From the IMG/VR virus record IMGVR_UViG_3300021963_000084, positions 1 to 64,000 of that record: DNA of 64,000 bases; one strand, given 5' to 3'. The DNA comes from a virus. The position numbers were made by a program, and so were the translations under genes. Numbering within the stretch: the first letter of the stretch is position 1; each line of letters opens with the position of its first letter. Shown one piece after another: positions 7,763-13,076 of the stretch. A model generated the notes under the pieces. The model saw nothing but the letters and a program-made list of their open reading frames with translations. It ran no database searches and was not told the origin of the DNA.

Positions 7763-7981
7763 ATGCAATTCCTGCTCACACATGTCACGTTTGATTGTTA
7801 TCTTGATGATGAGGATTGGACTGAAAAAGATCAAGATGAAACCGAACAACATTTGCCCAAAGCATACATCGGCACTGTTTGGCAAGCAGATGATGAAGAG
7901 GATTTGTTAGAGCAAATTAGTTCTAAATCTGGTTGGTGTGTTGATAGTTACGATTACACTATTATGCCCGCTAAAATGTAA
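7763..7981 (+). CDS. acidic hypothetical protein
   Basis: MQFLLTHVTFD...WQADDEEDLLEQISSKSGWCV. Confidence 0.7.
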   Translation: MQFLLTHVTFDCYLDDEDWTEKDQDETEQHLPKAYIGTVWQADDEEDLLEQISSKSGWCVDSYDYTIMPAKM

Positions 7982-8066
7982 CAAACTGGGCGGCCGCTTC
8001 GCTGCCCCTTCCCTCCCCTCCCGCCCTCTAGGTTAAGGGCAGAGTTGGGCAGAGTCAAGGGGCAGA

Positions 8067-8150
8067 GTGCCAGTTTGAGAGGTGGCACAGCAGGGGTCGC
8101 AGTGGGGTTTGACCCGTGCCTATAATGACTGCAGTTCAAACGACAGACCT
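8067..8150 (+). promoter_or_regulatory. cassette element 8
   Basis: GTGCCAGTT-tgag-AGGTGGCAC (8067-8088), TATAAT 8121-8126. Confidence 0.8.
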
Positions 8151-8282
8151 ATGTGGGATGAGATTCAAGACATGCCTGGGGAGATTTTTGATCTGGAGGA
8201 GTGGGGTCACCCTATGGCAGAGTGCTGGCACGACATGGAGTTGAATGGGACAGATGAAGAGGTGGCACAGCAACCCGCCTGA
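8151..8282 (+). CDS. acidic 43-aa cyanophage-type peptide
   Basis: MWDEIQDMPGEIFD...; its 3' end reads through dyad 9. Confidence 0.7.
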   Translation: MWDEIQDMPGEIFDLEEWGHPMAECWHDMELNGTDEEVAQQPA

Positions 8283-8329
8283 CCCCCACCCTGACCCCTT
8301 ATACTGATCTCATACCAAACGAAACGACC
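8247..8329 (+). promoter_or_regulatory. cassette element 9
   Basis: GGGACAGAT-gaag-AGGTGGCAC (8247-8268), TATACT 8300-8305. Confidence 0.8.
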
Positions 8330-8497
8330 ATGACCCGTTACACCGTCTACGTTCCCTCTGCCCCCCACGAGAGCGAGAGCACCCATGATCTCGATCGTGC
8401 CTGGGATCTGTGCCTCTCCCTCTCTGAAGATTTCGGGTATGCACAGGTGAAGCAAGATGGTATGATCATCGGAGACTACACGAACGGGGGGATGTGA
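8330..8497 (+). CDS. hypothetical protein (55 aa)
   Basis: Hand translation MTRYTVYVPSAPHE...AWDLCLSLSEDFGYAQV...; TGA stop inside dyad 10. Confidence 0.7.
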   Translation: MTRYTVYVPSAPHESESTHDLDRAWDLCLSLSEDFGYAQVKQDGMIIGDYTNGGM

Positions 8498-8575
8498 CAC
8501 TCTAGGAACTGACACACGGGGTCACCACAGACCCCACCCTGACCCCTTATACTGATCTCAGTTCACACAACACCA
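8494..8575 (+). promoter_or_regulatory. cassette element 10
   Basis: GTGACACTC-tagg-AACTGACAC (8494-8515), TATACT 8548-8553. Confidence 0.8.
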
Positions 8576-9001
8576 ATGACCGTGACCCTGACCGCTTCCT
8601 ACCGTGAGATGCTCGCTGCTGACACTGTTAGCAAGATCGATGAGTTGCTCGATGAGAACTATTGCCTCGATGACATTCTGAAGTTCATCGATGAGTATAA
8701 CGAGCGTATGTTCGTTGATAACTATGAGGAGTATGTTCGTTGTGGTGAAGCAATCGGTTATGATGCCGTTGATGCTTATGCTAACGAGAACGGCATCGAT
8801 AACATCGACGGTTGCGATGAACGCTATCGTGGTGTGTATGAGAGCACTGCAGATTTCGCTGAAGAATACTACAGCGAACTGTACGATGTGCCCTGTGCTC
8901 TGGTAGTAGATTGGGAGGCAACGTGGGACACTTCGCTGCGGTACGATTTCACCGCTTGTGAGGCAGGATACCGCACCTGCCACATTTTCAGCGATTACTA
9001 G
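8576..9001 (+). CDS. ardA: ArdA-like anti-restriction (DNA-mimic) protein
   Basis: ERYRGVYESTADFAEEYYSELYDVPCALVVDWEATW matches the ArdA C-terminal YxGxYxSxxDFAEE...P..L...DxE pattern; about 34 D/E versus 9 K/R. Confidence 0.65.
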   Translation: MTVTLTASYREMLAADTVSKIDELLDENYCLDDILKFIDEYNERMFVDNYEEYVRCGEAIGYDAVDAYANENGIDNIDGCDERYRGVYESTADFAEEYYSELYDVPCALVVDWEATWDTSLRYDFTACEAGYRTCHIFSDY

Positions 9002-9080
9002 GACGGTTCAGGGGGTGGCACACGCTGCCCCCACCGACCCCCACCTGACCCCTTATACTGTTCTCAGTTCAGACAACCCT
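9000..9080 (+). promoter_or_regulatory. cassette element 11
   Basis: AGGACGGTT-cagg-GGGTGGCAC (9000-9021), TATACT 9054-9059. Confidence 0.8.
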
Positions 9081-9290
9081 ATGGGATACCCCATCAACAC
9101 CAGCAACAGCACCGCCATCGACACGCTGACGGTCAACCCCATCACGGGCACGGTTCGGGTCCGCTTCCAGTCCTACCCTACCGTCCGCCCCTACAGGATG
9201 AAGGCATCCCGCCGTGAGATTCTCGCCCTGCTGTGGGACAGCAACCGCTCCCTAGGACGGTGGGTGAACTGGCACTGTGTCGCTGCCTGA
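9081..9290 (+). CDS. KTSC-like domain protein
   Basis: NSTAIDTLTVNPITGTVRVRFQS...Y...LALL...SLGRWVN, a KTSC-like pattern. Confidence 0.6.
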   Translation: MGYPINTSNSTAIDTLTVNPITGTVRVRFQSYPTVRPYRMKASRREILALLWDSNRSLGRWVNWHCVAA

Positions 9291-9335
9291 CCCCCACCTG
9301 ACCCCTTATACTGATCTCATCAGCAACGGACCCCG
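9254..9335 (+). promoter_or_regulatory. cassette element 12
   Basis: AGGACGGTG-ggtg-AACTGGCAC (9254-9275), TATACT 9307-9312. Confidence 0.8.
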
Positions 9336-9512
9336 ATGCAAACTCTCAAAGCAACCGCCATCGCCCTGCTAGTCATCATACTGGCAACCGCTGGTTACGT
9401 TGCTTTGCTTCGCAATGGCAATGCCCGCATCGAAGCGAAGTGCCAGGCATCAGGTGGGCAGGTGCTTATGACACCTGGTCAAGTGTCCCGCTGCCTGCTC
9501 CCTGTTCGCTGA
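9336..9512 (+). CDS. small membrane-anchored protein (58 aa)
   Basis: MQTLKATAIALLVIILATAGYVALL...C...C. Confidence 0.7.
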   Translation: MQTLKATAIALLVIILATAGYVALLRNGNARIEAKCQASGGQVLMTPGQVSRCLLPVR

Positions 9513-9545
9513 TCTGCTACAATACTCTCACACGCAACCGATCCG
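9468..9545 (+). promoter_or_regulatory. cassette element 13
   Basis: ATGACACCT-ggtc-AAGTGTCCC (9468-9489), TACAAT 9518-9523. Confidence 0.65.
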
Positions 9546-9707
9546 ATGCGAATCGAAGTCCGTTACCAGACCCCCTACAACGCTTGTGAGTGGCGGTCAC
9601 AGTGGTTCCCCACCCTGGCAGAGGCAGAGCGTATGGTAGAATTCTACCGCTCCTGTGGGTCACCCTCCCACATCGCCCCTTCCTCCCTCGCTCAGTTCGA
9701 TCGCTGA
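9546..9707 (+). CDS. cyanophage-type hypothetical protein (53 aa)
   Basis: MRIEVRYQTPYNACEWRSQWFPTLAEAERMVEFYRSCGSP... Confidence 0.7.
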   Translation: MRIEVRYQTPYNACEWRSQWFPTLAEAERMVEFYRSCGSPSHIAPSSLAQFDR

Positions 9708-9711
9708 TCTT

Positions 9712-9852
9712 ATGGCAAACCTCATCCGCCTCGCTCTGGTCGCTGCCATCTGCCTGATTTTCTCTCAGACCCTAGGATCGGTGCTCGCCCTCGCCCAGAC
9801 CCTTGACCGTGTGACAGCAGACAAGGTGGCACAGATCGCTGCCCTAGAGTGA
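9712..9852 (+). CDS. small membrane/secreted peptide
   Basis: MANLIRLALVAAICLIFSQ... Confidence 0.6.
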   Translation: MANLIRLALVAAICLIFSQTLGSVLALAQTLDRVTADKVAQIAALE

Positions 9853-9894
9853 CCGCCGACCCTGTAGACTGATCACATCGAAACGAAACGACCG
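9811..9894 (+). promoter_or_regulatory. cassette element 14
   Basis: GTGACAGCA-gaca-AGGTGGCAC (9811-9832), TAGACT 9865-9870. Confidence 0.75.
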
Positions 9895-10065
9895 ATGACC
9901 ATCACCGAAGCAAACCAGATCTGGTTCGATTGCTACCAGAGCACCGACTACACCCTCTGGAGCAAGTACACCAGCGACCAGCGCCTGCAGGCAATCCAGA
10001 CCCGTGACCGCCACGCCAACGGCGAGGGACAGTGGGGCATCTGGAACATCAGCGACCGCCACTGA
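9895..10065 (+). CDS. hypothetical protein (56 aa)
   Basis: Hand translation MTITEANQIWFDCYQS...QWGIWNISDRH. Confidence 0.7.
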   Translation: MTITEANQIWFDCYQSTDYTLWSKYTSDQRLQAIQTRDRHANGEGQWGIWNISDRH

Positions 10066-10108
10066 GGCGGATCGCCTGTAGACTTCTCTCAGTTCAAACG
10101 ACACACCG
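10026..10108 (+). promoter_or_regulatory. cassette element 15
   Basis: GGGACAGTG-gggc-ATCTGGAAC (10026-10047), TAGACT 10079-10084. Confidence 0.65.
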
Positions 10109-10306
10109 ATGGCACTGTACAACATCGCAACCGATCTCAAGACCCGCGAGACTGTGTGGGTCATGACCAATGTGGTGAAGGGTCGCCCCCAGTTGAACTC
10201 CCACCGCGAGGGCACCGCAGGTCGCTCGCTCGCTGCCTCTGGTGTTGACGGACTGCCCGCCTGGGAGTGGGCAACCATGCACACCAACTATCGGGGGCGG
10301 GGTTGA
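10109..10306 (+). CDS. hypothetical protein
   Basis: 65-aa ORF after element 15. Confidence 0.7.
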   Translation: MALYNIATDLKTRETVWVMTNVVKGRPQLNSHREGTAGRSLAASGVDGLPAWEWATMHTNYRGRG

Positions 10307-10331
10307 CCCCTGACCCCTGACCCTGTAGAAT
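10303..10331 (+). promoter_or_regulatory. sigma70-type promoter without dyad (last cassette)
   Basis: TTGACC-N17-TAGAAT followed by the same type of A/C-rich leader ...ACCGATG. Confidence 0.75.
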
Positions 10332-10357
10332 TCTCTCAAGTCAACCGACACCGACCG

Positions 10358-10552
10358 ATGGCACTGAACACCCTCCCCGCTCCGATGACCGCCGCCGAAC
10401 TCACCGCTAAGATCGAGGCAGGCGAATTCAAGATCAAGCGTCTGCCGACCCGCCGCCCTCGCAAGGCAGATCTGGTGATGACCCGTGTGATGGGCAGCAG
10501 CGGGTCAGCACGCTTTATGGCAGACAACGACCACCAGACCCGCTGGCAGTGA
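10358..10552 (+). CDS. basic hypothetical protein
   Basis: 64 aa; KIKRLPTRRPRK. Confidence 0.7.
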   Translation: MALNTLPAPMTAAELTAKIEAGEFKIKRLPTRRPRKADLVMTRVMGSSGSARFMADNDHQTRWQ

Positions 10553-10553
10553 C

Positions 10554-10697
10554 CAGCACGGCAGTTGCCCCGCCCCGTGCGGGGTCGCCGCCCCGCCGCC
10601 GTGTTGAAAAGTTAGGGTCCTTCCTAACCTACAAAGGTTCCCAAACGCCCATAAGGTACTCTGTTTATAAAAAAAATTTTTCCAGAAAATTTTTACC
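10554..10697. other. structured GC-rich to A/T-tract junction
   Basis: Nested stems CAGCACGGC/GCCGTGTTG and GCCCCGC/GCGGGGT; hairpin GTTAGG/CCTAAC; palindromic A/T tracts. Confidence 0.6.
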
Positions 10698-10732
10698 GTA
10701 TTTTCATATATAATGACAGTTGCCTAACTTAG

Positions 10733-10900
10733 ATGACCGATGTAACATTAACACTCACAGAACAAGAAGTAGACATTATACTTAGCGCCCTTGAATTTGC
10801 CGTTGAGAATTCTGATGAATATGACAGAGACGAATATGAAGAGGTTCTGTATGATATTCAGAAGAAGCTTGACGAAGACTACGAGGATGAAGTAGAATAA
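10733..10900 (+). CDS. acidic hypothetical protein (55 aa)
   Basis: Hand translation MTDVTLTLTEQEVDIILSALEF...DEDYEDEVE. Confidence 0.7.
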   Translation: MTDVTLTLTEQEVDIILSALEFAVENSDEYDRDEYEEVLYDIQKKLDEDYEDEVE

Positions 10901-10918
10901 GATTTTTAGAGGGACTTT

Positions 10919-11155
10919 ATGACTTTCACAATTTACACAAGAAATGGGTGTGGGTACTGTGAACAAATTAAAGCAGTTCTACTGAACTTAAACTTAAGTT
11001 TCACAGAACAGCGTTTGGATGCAGACTTTTCCCGTGAGCAATTTACCGAACAATTTGGATATGGGGCAACATTTCCGAGAGTCTTTATGGATGGAAGACT
11101 GTTAGGTGGATGCAATGAAACAATTACATATTTAAGGAATCAAGGACTTGTATGA
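10919..11155 (+). CDS. nrdC: glutaredoxin
   Basis: IYTRNGCGYC active site, TFPRVF cis-Pro motif, LGG motif; GAGGG RBS. Confidence 0.92.
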   Translation: MTFTIYTRNGCGYCEQIKAVLLNLNLSFTEQRLDADFSREQFTEQFGYGATFPRVFMDGRLLGGCNETITYLRNQGLV

Positions 11156-11298
11156 GGGTTACTGTAAGAGTAGGCAAAGGAAATGAGAAAGTTTTCGATG
11201 AGTACGACGATGCTCTCGACTACATTGATACTTTCTTACCAGAAATTGAACTTGGGACGTTAAATACTGATGATATTCAGATAGACTATCATGACTAA
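11152..11298 (+). CDS. hypothetical protein (48 aa)
   Basis: MRVTVRVGKGNEKVFDEYDDALDY...; overlaps both neighbours. Confidence 0.6.
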   Translation: MRVTVRVGKGNEKVFDEYDDALDYIDTFLPEIELGTLNTDDIQIDYHD

Positions 11299-11473
11299 GA
11301 AATGGTATATTCGCAGAGAGAATACTTCAAAGTACATCAAAGAACCTTATATTTACTATGTGGGTGGTGATGACTGTTGGAGTGCCTCATTGGATAAAGC
11401 AAAGGGTTATAAAACTAAAAAAGAAGCAACAGCGTTAAGCCTTGAGATTGAAGGTGAAGTCTATGGAGAATAA
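11291..11473 (+). CDS. hypothetical protein
   Basis: 60-aa ORF. Confidence 0.7.
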   Translation: MTKKWYIRRENTSKYIKEPYIYYVGGDDCWSASLDKAKGYKTKKEATALSLEIEGEVYGE

Positions 11474-11732
11474 GGATTTTTATGATTCGATAGGAGTTGA
11501 TAAACCTGTCAGAACAAATGAAGGTATTCTGGGTCCTACTGAAGAGCAAAATCAAGAATACTTTGTAGACTTTGAAGATCTCTTAAGGCGAATAAATAAT
11601 TTGGAGAATGTAGTACTTCAATTATTGAATCCAGAGTTTATGTACAGAAGACCTGGAAGTGAAGATTATGAAAAGATTACAGACACTTTAGATTATCTAC
11701 ACAATAAAGTTAAAGAATTAGAAGGTAAATGA
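11463..11732 (+). CDS. hypothetical protein
   Basis: MENKDFYDS...MYRRPGSEDYEKITDTLDYLH. Confidence 0.7.
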   Translation: MENKDFYDSIGVDKPVRTNEGILGPTEEQNQEYFVDFEDLLRRINNLENVVLQLLNPEFMYRRPGSEDYEKITDTLDYLHNKVKELEGK

Positions 11733-12766
11733 CTACTACTGTTGTCTTTAATGATTATAATCCTTATCCTGGACTACCACCTGGATCACAAATTGTAACC
11801 AGTGCTGGTCGAGTAAGCACAACCACAACTGGTTACAACTCTTTAACAGGAAGAGAACCAGCATTGCTTCCTGCTGTAAATCTTCTGAACAGTTTTAATT
11901 TTACGTTGGATGCGAAACCAGGGGATACACCTCCATCTACGTTGACTAGCGGTGTGGATGCTGATGAAAGTTTTGCGACTACAGGTGTTCGTCAAGCGGC
12001 AGGATCAAGTTTAGTACCTTCTTTTGGTGCAACGAGTTCTGCAGATCCTTTTGGATTATATCGACTCTATAAAAGACCTACCAGTATGGAGTGGGTTAAG
12101 AATGGTGGGTCTTTAGGTAATGGTGTATGTCGCAACGAACGTGGTGATTGGTTTACTGAGGAAGCAATTACAACTGCCGATGAAACAGGAAATGGTATAC
12201 GCATAGAAACTGTTCCTGCAACAACTGCAACTAGAAGCATTTCTATTGGATGGACGACTACTACAACTGCAGGTTCTTCGACTAGCACTCCAATTTCTGC
12301 AACTGTTCCTAGTTGGAATACCTTAAGAATTCGTGGATCTTATAATGCTGCAGTGTTTTGTTATAATGATTTTCGTTATACCAATAACAATGATGGTGTA
12401 TTATATGAAGCAAATAGTTTATTTGAATTACCTGATCGAATTGATAATATTATTCGTTTCATTCCAGATGAAAGAAAAAGTACTACGTTAACATTTTATG
12501 TCAAAGTTAACTGGGTGTTGGAACATTATGACCCCTTTGGATTAGTTCCAAGTTCACAAAGAAATAGTAATGCTGCTGGTGCTGGTGGTAACAGTGGATT
12601 TGATATACATATGATTACTCACGTTGTAAATAATACCAATCCTAATTGGTCGAGAATTTTAAACGATATTATTAATGATCGTCAAAGAAGTGTTGAGGAA
12701 CAAGATGATCGTTATGGAAATACTTTCCCTGATCAAACAATATCTTTTGCAACCACGGCAGAATAA
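11729..12766 (+). CDS. putative virion structural protein
   Basis: 345 aa, Thr/Ser-rich, directly upstream of the PAAR gene. Confidence 0.65.
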   Translation: MTTTVVFNDYNPYPGLPPGSQIVTSAGRVSTTTTGYNSLTGREPALLPAVNLLNSFNFTLDAKPGDTPPSTLTSGVDADESFATTGVRQAAGSSLVPSFGATSSADPFGLYRLYKRPTSMEWVKNGGSLGNGVCRNERGDWFTEEAITTADETGNGIRIETVPATTATRSISIGWTTTTTAGSSTSTPISATVPSWNTLRIRGSYNAAVFCYNDFRYTNNNDGVLYEANSLFELPDRIDNIIRFIPDERKSTTLTFYVKVNWVLEHYDPFGLVPSSQRNSNAAGAGGNSGFDIHMITHVVNNTNPNWSRILNDIINDRQRSVEEQDDRYGNTFPDQTISFATTAE

Positions 12767-12767
12767 A

Positions 12768-13076
12768 ATGGCAAGAGCAGTAGGAACAATCGGACACAAA
12801 TATATTAATCGTTGTAGCACTCCAGTTCAGGGAGAAGGATCTCCTAATGTTTTTGTGAATGGTAAAGCAGTCGGCACGATTGGAACTAAAACATTACCTT
12901 ATCAAGAAATTGTTCCCTGTAAAGAATGTTGTCGCACACATACAGGAACTGTTTTAGAAGGATCTCCCACAGTTTTTGTAAATGGAAAAGCACTGCTGAG
13001 AATTGGTGATAAACATTTAGGTATCACTGGTCAACACGTTTTATTAGAAGGTTCTCCGAACGTATTTGCATCATAA
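12768..13076 (+). CDS. gp5.4: PAAR-domain baseplate spike tip protein (T4 gp5.4-like)
   Basis: Three EGSPNVF/EGSPTVF(VNGK) repeats, Cys/His candidate metal ligands, LRIGD. Confidence 0.85.
   Translation: MARAVGTIGHKYINRCSTPVQGEGSPNVFVNGKAVGTIGTKTLPYQEIVPCKECCRTHTGTVLEGSPTVFVNGKALLRIGDKHLGITGQHVLLEGSPNVFAS

Noticed and set aside
1022-10108. Dyad repeats as a CRISPR array
   Set aside because: The repeats are degenerate, the intervening sequences are hundreds of bp long and encode ORFs, and no cas genes are present.
1204-10527. Minus-strand ORFs in the early region (e.g. 1204-1503, 6189-6578, 8558-8983, 9844-10287)
   Set aside because: They are antisense shadows of + strand genes that have clear promoters and leaders.
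8000-10600. High-GC stretch as host DNA or an IS insertion
   Set aside because: The same cassette elements continue from the AT-rich part, the ORFs are phage-type, and no transposase or terminal repeats were seen.
12675-12767. Upstream extension of the PAAR ORF given by the track
   Set aside because: It overlaps the previous gene by about 90 nt; the ATG at 12768 follows that gene's stop directly.
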